Shown here: positions 1-7,590 of the stretch, one piece after another
Numbering within the stretch: the first letter of the stretch is position 1
Layout: each line of letters opens with the position of its first letter
Source of the DNA: a candidate division WOR-3 bacterium
GTDB taxonomy: Bacteria; Hydrothermota; Tepidihabitantia; Tepidihabitantales; Tepidihabitantaceae
Length of the DNA: 27,704 nt
Direction of reading: 5' to 3'
Assembly (NCBI GenBank): GCA_965648935.1
Contig: CBFGIY010000027.1
Coordinates: 1 to 27,704, forward strand
Position numbers and translations under genes: made by a program
The notes under the pieces: model-generated
What the model was told of the DNA's origin: nothing
Database searches by the model: none
The model's input: the letters and a program-made list of their open reading frames with translations, nothing else

Positions 1-538
1 CCCGATGGCTGTACTGAAACAGCGGCAGTCGCAGCCGAATCGCCTGCGGCCAGTACTCGAGGATGTCGTCCAAGTGCTTGGTATCATTGCAGGTACGCCG
101 GCCGAAGCGAAAGCGAGCCTTCAGTGAACGCAGGTCTGCCCGCCGGGAGCGGCGCGTTCGGCGCCGGCGAGTGAGGTGGCGTTCGCGACAGATTCGCTCG
201 AAGGCGCCATGGCTGCAGCCGGGGGAATAGTCGCGCACCAGCCGCTTGCTGCCGTACCGCCGCAGCCGCTGCTTGAGCCGGACGACTCGTCGCTCAACCG
301 CAGCGCTCGTCTTGTGCGGAATGTGATGCGGGGCGCGTGATTGCTCCTGCAGGCCGCCAACGCCGTCCCGCAAGTAACGCCGCAGCCATTTCCGCACCGT
401 GTTCCGTGACACGCCGAAGTACTCGGCAGTCGATCGGATGCCCTGCTTTCGGGCCAGCATCACCATGTGGTGACGCGTGTCGTACTTCAGCAGTTGGTCT
501 TTACCGCGCACGACGGTGTAGTAAGCTATTGGTGGCAT
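1..538 (-). CDS. IS481-like transposase (HTH plus start of DDE/integrase core), 3' end truncated by window edge
   Basis: Hand translation of the minus strand from ATG 538 is open to the edge: MPPIAYYTVVRGKDQLLKYDTRHHMVMLARKQGIRSTAEYFGVSRNTVRKWLRRYLRDGVGGLQEQSRAPHHIPHKTSAAVERRVVRLKQRLRRYGSKRL...NDTKHLDDILEYWPQAIRLRLPLFQYSHR. The 'FGVSRxTVRKWLRRY...GLxExSRAPH' HTH and 'DTK' motif are typical of IS481-type transposases. Absent from the ORF track because it has no stop in the window. Confidence 0.85.
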   Translation of the reverse strand, partial: MPPIAYYTVVRGKDQLLKYDTRHHMVMLARKQGIRSTAEYFGVSRNTVRKWLRRYLRDGVGGLQEQSRAPHHIPHKTSAAVERRVVRLKQRLRRYGSKRLVRDYSPGCSHGAFERICRERHLTRRRRTRRSRRADLRSLKARFRFGRRTCNDTKHLDDILEYWPQAIRLRLPLFQYSHR

Positions 539-613
539 CGGCTTCGCCTCGCTGTTGCTTGCTGTTTGTCACACAAGCATAACCAGCCCGGCAGCAAGTC
601 CGATGCCTTTTTT
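534..613. promoter_or_regulatory. Hairpin covering the transposase start codon; terminator-like (stem + T6) on the plus strand
   Basis: GGCATCGG (534-541) pairs with CCGATGCC (600-607), with an inner TGCTTG/CAAGCA stem, followed by TTTTTT (608-613). One arm contains the transposase ATG (538-536). Confidence 0.55.
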
Positions 614-773
614 GCTGGCGGCCGGCACCGCTCGGCCGGTACTCGCCGCACAACGCTTCAACCAGACGCTTCATCGCCCGCCATCGACTCGGGGCTATCC
701 CCATCGACCGCCTTGCTCCTCTCAGTGGGTCACGATGTGCCTGGGACAGAACTGACACAGGCGCTTGTTCTCT

Positions 774-801
774 TTGACTTGAGCGCTCCACTCGGTATAG
801 T
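774..801 (+). promoter_or_regulatory. sigma70-type promoter for tdh
   Basis: TTGACT (774-779), 16 nt, TATAGT (796-801). An AGGAG SD-like motif lies at about 830-834. Confidence 0.65.
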
Positions 802-844
802 TCGGCCAGTCCGCAATCAGGCGGCAAAAAGGAGTTAACGGAAA

Positions 845-1843
845 ATGGCCTACAAGAAGGAAATGAAGCGTATCCTGGTCACCGGCTCCGTTGGTCAAAT
901 CGGTTCGGAGCTGACTTTGGCATTGCGCAAGCGTTATGGTGCTGAAAACGTCGTTGCTACCGGCCGCAAGACCCAACCGAGCGATGAGTTGAGAAACTCA
1001 GGCCCATTCTATTTCATCGATGTGAACAGCCGCGCCTCAGTCGAGGAGGTTGTCAAGAAGCACAACATCGATACTGTGTACCATATGGCGGCGATACTGT
1101 CGGCTGTCGGGGAGAAGAACCCCGCGCTGTGCTGGGACGTGAATGTCAACGGGCTGTACAACGTGCTTGAGATTGCCCGCGAACACGAGATGGCTCGGGT
1201 CATAGTTCCCAGCTCGATCGCGGCCTTCGGCCCGGAGACACCGCGCATCAACACGCCTAACGACACAATCCTTAAGCCCAAGACGATGTATGGTGTTACC
1301 AAGGTTGCGGGCGAGCTGCTTGGTGACTATTACGTCAAACGGTTCGGCCTTGACGTGCGCGGGCTACGCTACCCCGGCATTATCTCTTACGAAACACTAC
1401 CGGGCGGTGGCACAACCGATTTCGCGGTTGCGATCTACTTCGAGGCCGTCGTCTTCGGGAGGTACAAGTGCTTCGTGCGCGAGGACACGCGCCTTCCGAT
1501 GATGTACATGCCCGACTGCATCAAGGCGACGATTGACCTGGCCGAGGCGGACTTCGCCAACCTGAAGCACCATTGCGATTTCAATGTTGGAGCGATGAGC
1601 TTCTCGGCCGGCGAACTCGCCGCCGAGATCGCCAAGCACGTCCCTGGCTTCACCTGCACTTATGAGCCGGATTTCCGTCAAGCCATCGCCGACTCATGGC
1701 CTGAGTCTCTCGATGATTCTGCGGCCCGTGAGGAGTGGGGCTGGCATCCCGCCTTCGACCTACCGACAATGACCACTGACATGCTTCAAGTGCTCAAGCA
1801 GAGGCACGCGGCAGGACAGCTGCACTATCCAGCCGGGTCCTGA
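845..1843 (+). CDS. tdh: L-threonine 3-dehydrogenase, extended-SDR (NAD-dependent epimerase/dehydratase-like) type
   Basis: GSVGQIG Rossmann motif, SSIAAFG, PKTMYGVTK (YxxxK), LRYPGIIS, PGGGTTDFAV, LPMMYMPD and DFRQAIADSWP are hallmark motifs of SDR-type threonine dehydrogenases. Alternative start at ATG 863. Confidence 0.85.
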   Translation: MAYKKEMKRILVTGSVGQIGSELTLALRKRYGAENVVATGRKTQPSDELRNSGPFYFIDVNSRASVEEVVKKHNIDTVYHMAAILSAVGEKNPALCWDVNVNGLYNVLEIAREHEMARVIVPSSIAAFGPETPRINTPNDTILKPKTMYGVTKVAGELLGDYYVKRFGLDVRGLRYPGIISYETLPGGGTTDFAVAIYFEAVVFGRYKCFVREDTRLPMMYMPDCIKATIDLAEADFANLKHHCDFNVGAMSFSAGELAAEIAKHVPGFTCTYEPDFRQAIADSWPESLDDSAAREEWGWHPAFDLPTMTTDMLQVLKQRHAAGQLHYPAGS

Positions 1844-1872
1844 TTGACCCTGGGCAGGTGAAGCGGTAGACT
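1844..1872 (+). promoter_or_regulatory. sigma70-type promoter, probably leaderless transcript
   Basis: TTGACC (1844-1849), 17 nt, TAGACT (1867-1872), then 6 nt, then ATG 1879. No SD. Confidence 0.65.
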
Positions 1873-1878
1873 TGCACA

Positions 1879-2376
1879 ATGCTCTTCTTCGAGAAGCGAG
1901 ACCTTTCGACCCTCTTCAATCCCGATAAGATCTTCTTTGGTGAAGGGCGTGGAGAGATAGGCGTCTGTCTTCACTTGCCCCTACAGGGTTATGTTGCCGG
2001 TACGGCCCCGGGCGAAGACTACATGATAATGATATCGGTCGCCAACGAGCTCATAGAGTTTCTGCTCTACAAGCGACTGCCCAAGGGACCGGAGCTCTGG
2101 GATTATGACCCCGAGAAGGCGGCCGAGATGTTCGAGGTCTGTGGCGACAACCCGAGTTCGGCCGGCGTTATCATATCGGACAGGAACTACGCATCGGGAC
2201 CGAAACTGCAGGTCTTCTTGGACAAGACTTTCGGCGCCAATGAGATCGCGATACGATGGAAGAACCAGCTGATCGGCGACGAACTGCTGCTGGGCGACTT
2301 CGAGCGTTACATGAAGAGCCTGGCTGCCGGAAACAACGACTCGTCGGTGTCGTCAGCAGAGCAACCTGAGACCTGA
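1879..2376 (+). CDS. Hypothetical protein (165 aa), no family recognised
   Basis: Clean ORF with GC3-biased codons, its own promoter and a globular, acidic composition. Confidence 0.75.
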   Translation: MLFFEKRDLSTLFNPDKIFFGEGRGEIGVCLHLPLQGYVAGTAPGEDYMIMISVANELIEFLLYKRLPKGPELWDYDPEKAAEMFEVCGDNPSSAGVIISDRNYASGPKLQVFLDKTFGANEIAIRWKNQLIGDELLLGDFERYMKSLAAGNNDSSVSSAEQPET

Positions 2377-2389
2377 CCGAGCTGCTCCC

Positions 2390-3049
2390 GTGGTCGGCTT
2401 CAAGCAAGTAGCAAAGGACAGCGAGGTCGTTGCGCTGATCGAGCATGCGGACCGACAGCTTGAGGCCATCGGATATACCGAGCACGGCTTTCGTCATGCC
2501 CGGCTGGTTGCGAAGAACGCCGCGGCTGTGCTGAAGGCACTTGATTACGAGGCGCGCACCGCGGAGCTGGCTGCCATTGCTGGCTATCTGCATGACGTTG
2601 GCAATGTCGTGAACCGACTGGAGCATGAGAGGATGAGCGCTCTGCTGGCCCGTGATGTACTTCGACGTTTGGGTATGGACCCCTCTGAAGTGGCGCTGGT
2701 TATGTCAGCGATCGGCAACCACCATGAAGAGGGTGGCAATCCTGTTTCCGAGGTCTCCTCGGCGCTCATTCTGGCCGACAAAGCCGACGTTCACCGGAGC
2801 CGAGTGCGCAATCCCGAATTGATACGTTTCGACATACACGATCGGGTGAACTACGCGGTGAAGAAGTCAGGTCTGACCGTGGACAGGGACAGCCGGGTGA
2901 TCTCATTCAGACTCGTCGTTGATACTGCGATTGCACCGGTGATGGACTATTTCGAGATCTTCTTGTCACGGATGATCATCTCGCGCCGTGCCGCCGACTT
3001 CCTTGGGTGCCGTTTCGAGCTCGTCATAAATGACTCCAAACTTGTTTGA
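2390..3049 (+). CDS. HD-domain metal-dependent phosphohydrolase (COG3294-like)
   Basis: TEHGFRHA, YLHDVGN, GNHHEE, LILADKADVHRSRVR and DIHDRVNYAV give an intact H...HD...H...D set. GTG start. Confidence 0.85.
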   Translation: MVGFKQVAKDSEVVALIEHADRQLEAIGYTEHGFRHARLVAKNAAAVLKALDYEARTAELAAIAGYLHDVGNVVNRLEHERMSALLARDVLRRLGMDPSEVALVMSAIGNHHEEGGNPVSEVSSALILADKADVHRSRVRNPELIRFDIHDRVNYAVKKSGLTVDRDSRVISFRLVVDTAIAPVMDYFEIFLSRMIISRRAADFLGCRFELVINDSKLV

Positions 3050-4262
3050 ACGAATCGGTAGCTGTCGCGCTTCACCGGATCAGTCGACGTTCATCTGTCT
3101 GGCGCTCTTGGCAACTTCGCTGGCTTGCCCTCCTCACGCAGCTCGTCGCACTACGCCGCGCCTGAGACTGCTGGTGACCCGCTCACTCGGCGACGATGCG
3201 ATGCTCCGTGCGGCGTCTGCGGTTGCGGCCGAACGAAGCACCGGTGACTGCCTCTGGTTGGTTGCTGGCAGCGGCCTGCGCGGCACCGCGGCTGAAGTGC
3301 TTACGGAGGGGTCGGCCGCGGCTGAACGCCTTGATGCCCTTGGAGTGAATGCTGCCCTGCTTGGACCAGACTGGCTCGCCTATGGTCCGGCGCGTGCAAG
3401 AATGCTTGCTGAACGCGCCCGCTGCTTCCTGCTTGCTGCCAACATCACCGACTCCGAACGCGAGCCGCTCGGTTCTGGCTTCATCGTTCGCCCAACACCA
3501 GTAGGCGTCATCGGCATAAGCGGCGTCTGGACAGACTCAGCAGATGCACTTTTCGACTTGGCCGGCGTCCGCTACTCAGACCCCAGGTACGCTGCGGCAG
3601 CAGTGCTCCCGATTCTGCGTCAACGCTGCGATGTTCTGATACTTTTGACCAGTGGTACGACAGGAGAGCAGGTGGCCGGTTGGGACATCCAACTAGACGG
3701 TGCGCAAGACAGTGTCCTCCTGTTTGAGCTCAGCCTGTTCAATGGCGCGCTTCGCGCCCGCCGCATGCCAATCGTCCTTGAGCTTTTCGTGCCTGAACCA
3801 AGGCTTGCTCACGAACTGACCGCGATCGCTGCGGCCGGTGAATCCTCCATCGCTGTTGCCCGACCTCTGGACAGCGGTACGACGGAGCAAACGATCGTGC
3901 AGTCGTTTCTAGATCAGTGTCATGCTGACTACCTTGCTACCCAGAGTGCTCTCTGGAGAGGTGGAGACATCGTAGCAGCCCTTGCCCGTTCCGAGCTTGT
4001 TCTCGGCTTAAGCAACCCGGGACGTTGGGTGCTAACGACACTTACCACCCAACAGCGCGATGCCCTAGCACGGCAGACATCTCTGAGGGTTCTGCGAAGC
4101 AAGACGGCCTCGGCAAGATCTAACGCGGCGCAGCCGACACTCATGTTGTCGCAACACGCTTCAGTGGCGAAGCGTCGTTTCGGAGCCAGTATGGAGCTGA
4201 CTCCTGTCCCTTTATGGCGGGCGGCCGAGATTGCACTGACAAGAGCAGGGCAGGCGAAGTGA
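3030..4262 (+). CDS. 5'-nucleotidase/metallophosphoesterase-like protein with degenerate metal-binding motifs; possible lipoprotein
   Basis: Spacing follows the 5'-NT N-domain: LWLVAGSGLRGT (cf. LLLDAGD..GT), LDALGVNAALLGPDWLAYG (cf. MNxLGYDAxxLGNHEFDYG), FLLAANI, VGVIGI, DVLILLTSG (cf. DxIIxLSHxG). Hydrophobic N-segment ends in TSLAC. Start uncertain (ATG 3030 or TTG 3042). Confidence 0.6.
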   Translation: MTPNLFERIGSCRASPDQSTFICLALLATSLACPPHAARRTTPRLRLLVTRSLGDDAMLRAASAVAAERSTGDCLWLVAGSGLRGTAAEVLTEGSAAAERLDALGVNAALLGPDWLAYGPARARMLAERARCFLLAANITDSEREPLGSGFIVRPTPVGVIGISGVWTDSADALFDLAGVRYSDPRYAAAAVLPILRQRCDVLILLTSGTTGEQVAGWDIQLDGAQDSVLLFELSLFNGALRARRMPIVLELFVPEPRLAHELTAIAAAGESSIAVARPLDSGTTEQTIVQSFLDQCHADYLATQSALWRGGDIVAALARSELVLGLSNPGRWVLTTLTTQQRDALARQTSLRVLRSKTASARSNAAQPTLMLSQHASVAKRRFGASMELTPVPLWRAAEIALTRAGQAK

Positions 4263-4960
4263 GCAACTACGGGTGGCGATTGCGCGTCGGCCGTCTTGTC
4301 TGGACGGTGCTGGTTGCGCTCTACTTCGGGGTATTCTTCACCAACTTCCTGGCCGACGCACTACCTGGCAGTCGCTTGGTTCCGAACATCTTCGCAATCG
4401 TGTTCGTTCTTTGGCTGGGCATTGAGTACTATTTCGGTGCGCCGTTCTTCCAGTCGGGTATCGTCGAACACTCGGCATTCTGGCGAGGCGTTTTTGCCGT
4501 CTTCGTCTACCCGTTCATCGGGTTTGTTGCTGCAGATCACATCTGGTTGCGCTGGACGCAGCTACCACTGCCCGCTTTGGGCGGCGCGGTTGGTCTGGTC
4601 CTTTTCCTCGCCGGTACACTCGTCCGCCTAGACGTGCTATTCGGTCTGCTCCGGATCATGCGGGTGAAGTCGCGCGGCAGAGAGCAGGTCGTGACAATCC
4701 CCGAGAAGCTCGTTGTCGGACTGCGTCTGTTCCGCGTTTCGCGCCACCCGCGTGATCTTGGCACTTTTGTCCAGCTTCTTGGCATTGCGCTGGTTTTCAG
4801 TTCCTGGGGTGGAGTCATTCTGGCCGTCGTCATCGGGCTACCACTGATCCTCGTCCAAGTACGTCACGACGATGCACTCCTGTCCGAACTACTTGGCAAA
4901 GAGGCTGACCACTACTTCACGACAACGCCGCTGTTCTTCCCGCGGTGCGGCCATCATTAG
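4259..4960 (+). CDS. Isoprenylcysteine carboxyl-methyltransferase (ICMT)/PEMT-like membrane protein
   Basis: About 6 hydrophobic segments, LVVGLRLFRVSRHPRDLG (cf. LVxxGxYxxxRHPxYxG) and C-terminal HDDALLSELLGKEADHYFTTTPLFFP. GTG 4259 overlaps the upstream TGA (GTGA). Confidence 0.7.
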   Translation: MSNYGWRLRVGRLVWTVLVALYFGVFFTNFLADALPGSRLVPNIFAIVFVLWLGIEYYFGAPFFQSGIVEHSAFWRGVFAVFVYPFIGFVAADHIWLRWTQLPLPALGGAVGLVLFLAGTLVRLDVLFGLLRIMRVKSRGREQVVTIPEKLVVGLRLFRVSRHPRDLGTFVQLLGIALVFSSWGGVILAVVIGLPLILVQVRHDDALLSELLGKEADHYFTTTPLFFPRCGHH

Positions 4961-7590
4961 GGTTCTTCGACAGCCAACAACTGGTCAGGTCGAACTCGCC
5001 TTACGGTTACGGTGACGCCAGACCCGAATCGGACACTGACCGTGACCGGCCGGCGCGAACGGCCAAGGCCGAAGTGCTGCGTGAACGAGTTCTGACTAGT
5101 CGTGCCCTTGCCGCCTTCGACTTCTCTGACGACTCTGAATCTGCCGCGGGCAACTGTGATGCGACAACCGATCGCGGACCGATTTGACTTTCGGCCGATG
5201 GCCTTCACCTTGACCCAGTGGTTTTCGTTCTTCGTGTCGTTGCGGAACAGCCTCAGGCCCGAACCCGAACCCACGACGAGGTCCTGGTCGCCGTCGTTGT
5301 CGTAATCTGCAAAGGCACAGCCCCATCCGTTGTAGCATCGCGTGCCGGACAACCAGGTAACCTCTGCGAATGAGGCACCCTGGCGCGGCCCCACGGAAGT
5401 CCCGCCGGTTGAAGACAGGAGTTGGTTCTCATACAAAAATGAACGGCGACCCTCGTAGACCGAGGTGATGTAGAGGTCGAGGTCGCCATCGTTGTCGACA
5501 TCGGCCCATGCCGGATCCGAATGGGTCTCCTCATAGCGAATGCCCAGATCGGCTCGCCGGTCACGGAAGCGGGGAACGGATTTTGGACCCTGGTTTTCGT
5601 AGAGCCTGGAGCGGTTCGAGAACTCAATGTAGCGCGGGTGGGCAAGATCCGCAGTGAAGAGATCGAGGTCGCCATCATTGTCGAAATCGCCCCAGGTCGC
5701 ACCAATGGTATGCCCGTACCATCCGTCCACCTCGTCCCCGGAGACGCCAAGGCGACCCGCGAGGTTCTCGAACGTGCCGTCACCCAGATTGCACCAGAGT
5801 AAGTTTTCGCACAATCGATAGTTAGCAACAAAGCAGTCCGCGTCACCGTCGTCGTCGAAATCAGCGCAGCTGACTCCACGGCCAGCGAACTTCTGACCGG
5901 TGGGGTCAGACTGGTCGAGTTGCTTCGCTCCTGCTACGAAGGTGCCTTGGTAGTTGCGCCAAAGCCGATCCGGAAAGTGGGTGTGCGTTGCCCAATCCTC
6001 GTAGTTGGCACAGTACAAGTCGACCCAGCCGTTGTTGTCGAAATCCGCCCAGGCCGCTCCCTCGGTTGGGTACGTATCCGCAGGCCCCCCGACACGAGAA
6101 GTCACATCGACGAAGCATCCCCGATTGTTCTGCCAAAGCAGGTCTGAACCGGATGATCCTGACATCCAAAAGTCAAGCCAGCCGTCATTGTCATAGTCAG
6201 CCCAAATGCCGCCGCGTCCGCTCGCTGAACGGATTCCTGATGACTCAGTCACGTCAACGAAGGTATGACCGCTATCATTGCGAAAGAGGCAGCAACCGTT
6301 CAGAAGAAGGTCATCGTATCCGTCATTATCATAGTCACCCCAGGCTACGCGAGTCTCGCGGCGACCGGCAAGGCCGACTGAGTCTGTGACGTCGGTGAAG
6401 CACGCTCCGTCGTACGCCAGCAGCTGGCGTGATACCGACAGAATCGAAGCAGCCGGCGCAAACCGCGCAAACAGCGATTCAGCTCGTGTCGTCCAAATGC
6501 TACGCGAATCGCCCCAGTTCATAGCTTCTGCCAGTCGCATCAGAGCTTCGGCTGTGTCGCCCAGACTGGCCTGCGCAAGGCCAAGCAAGCAGTATGCCGC
6601 CGCAGGAGTGAACTCAAGCTGGGGATTCATTGTGAATCGGCCAATCGCATCGTTCAGCCAGCCAACTGCCTCTGCAAAACGGCCCTGCAGGATGAGTGCC
6701 TCAGCAAGTTCAATCCGTGACTGCACGACCAACGGCGTGTAGTCAATGTACCACTGCTCCGGCGGCTTGTTCGCCGGCTTCTTCGCGAACGGTTCCAGTT
6801 CGATGGCCTTGCGGGCATAAGCCTCGGCAACATGCGGGACAAGCGTAATCCGATTGCAGAACGCCGCCGCCAAGCGGTACCGAAACGGGTCTAGTGTATC
6901 GTCTTGGATCATTTCAGTGAGAGCAAGCAGGAGTCGCTGAGAGTCGCGCAGCGCAAAGAGCGACCCAACCAAGTACTGATAGAATGTCTGACGCCACTCA
7001 GTGACCGGGAAGCGAGCGAGAAACCGCCGGATTATCGGCAGTTTGAGCGTGTCGTCGCTCCAGACCGGGTAAAGTGAATCATAGAACATGGTGCCGATGA
7101 GTCTATGCCCGCCTGGGGATTCAGGAAAGCTAGCGGCGAGCAGCAGGCCAATCTGTGCGGCTTGAGCGGAGTCAGACAGGGCGAATCCGTCATAGGCCAG
7201 CGCCAGACTCGCAGCGGATGTGTCGGCGGCGACCCGTTCAGCCTGCGCAGCGACAAGAGAACGCGTGACCAGGCTCTTCAGGCTGTCGTGCTGATCGCGT
7301 AGCACTACGGCGCGCCAGTAGCCTGCGATAGCCGAGTCGTTCGCGGAGTCAGCCAACACTGCCGCCTGCCACCAGACCGCACTCGAGTCCCACAGCCGTT
7401 GGTGGTCGTACACACGAGCAATATCGCGCATTGCGGACGCATCAGCTGAGTCCCGAGCCAACCGCACCATCAAGACAGATCTGGCGCCGTGATAGTCGCG
7501 CCGTGCGAGATACTCTGACAGATCTTTCGCGGACGTGTGTGTTGGTGCCTTCAGGGCGATCAAGAGGCACAATGTCGTCAGTGCGCTCAT
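4957..7590 (-). CDS. Secreted TPR-like + 7 FG-GAP repeat + ASPIC/UnbV protein (CRTAC1 family)
   Basis: Signal-like N-terminus and about 390 aa of Ala-rich helical repeats. Seven xxD[YFV]D[ND][DN]GxxD repeats follow, with FxDVT..G linkers and a C-terminal NRSAIGCRI...EVEGGKG..SQ....HFGLG ASPIC/UnbV motif. Confidence 0.85.
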   Translation of the reverse strand: MSALTTLCLLIALKAPTHTSAKDLSEYLARRDYHGARSVLMVRLARDSADASAMRDIARVYDHQRLWDSSAVWWQAAVLADSANDSAIAGYWRAVVLRDQHDSLKSLVTRSLVAAQAERVAADTSAASLALAYDGFALSDSAQAAQIGLLLAASFPESPGGHRLIGTMFYDSLYPVWSDDTLKLPIIRRFLARFPVTEWRQTFYQYLVGSLFALRDSQRLLLALTEMIQDDTLDPFRYRLAAAFCNRITLVPHVAEAYARKAIELEPFAKKPANKPPEQWYIDYTPLVVQSRIELAEALILQGRFAEAVGWLNDAIGRFTMNPQLEFTPAAAYCLLGLAQASLGDTAEALMRLAEAMNWGDSRSIWTTRAESLFARFAPAASILSVSRQLLAYDGACFTDVTDSVGLAGRRETRVAWGDYDNDGYDDLLLNGCCLFRNDSGHTFVDVTESSGIRSASGRGGIWADYDNDGWLDFWMSGSSGSDLLWQNNRGCFVDVTSRVGGPADTYPTEGAAWADFDNNGWVDLYCANYEDWATHTHFPDRLWRNYQGTFVAGAKQLDQSDPTGQKFAGRGVSCADFDDDGDADCFVANYRLCENLLWCNLGDGTFENLAGRLGVSGDEVDGWYGHTIGATWGDFDNDGDLDLFTADLAHPRYIEFSNRSRLYENQGPKSVPRFRDRRADLGIRYEETHSDPAWADVDNDGDLDLYITSVYEGRRSFLYENQLLSSTGGTSVGPRQGASFAEVTWLSGTRCYNGWGCAFADYDNDGDQDLVVGSGSGLRLFRNDTKNENHWVKVKAIGRKSNRSAIGCRITVARGRFRVVREVEGGKGTTSQNSFTQHFGLGRSRRPVTVSVRFGSGVTVTVRRVRPDQLLAVEEP

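Larger units (their letters stand above)
1..757 (-). mobile_element. IS481-like insertion sequence, one end only
   Basis: Contains the transposase above. The minus strand from 757 reads TGTCAGTTCTGTCCCAGGCACATCGTGACCCA, a 5'-TGT terminus like IS481-family ends (alternative TGT start at 748). The other end and any target duplication lie outside the window. Confidence 0.6.

Noticed and set aside
121..838. Small ORFs 121..360, 337..582, 467..838, 501..827 and 555..755
   Set aside because: They overlap the real transposase frame or the IS non-coding end and show no protein-like motifs.
2390..3049. HD protein as a Cas3-HD or anti-phage effector
   Set aside because: Its motifs fit the stand-alone COG3294-type family, with no helicase, cas or defence genes nearby.
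5270..6345. Recurring GTCGCCATCGTTGTCG-like DNA motifs as a CRISPR or repeat array
   Set aside because: They encode the FG-GAP DxDNDGD protein repeats, are degenerate and irregularly spaced, and no cas genes are present.
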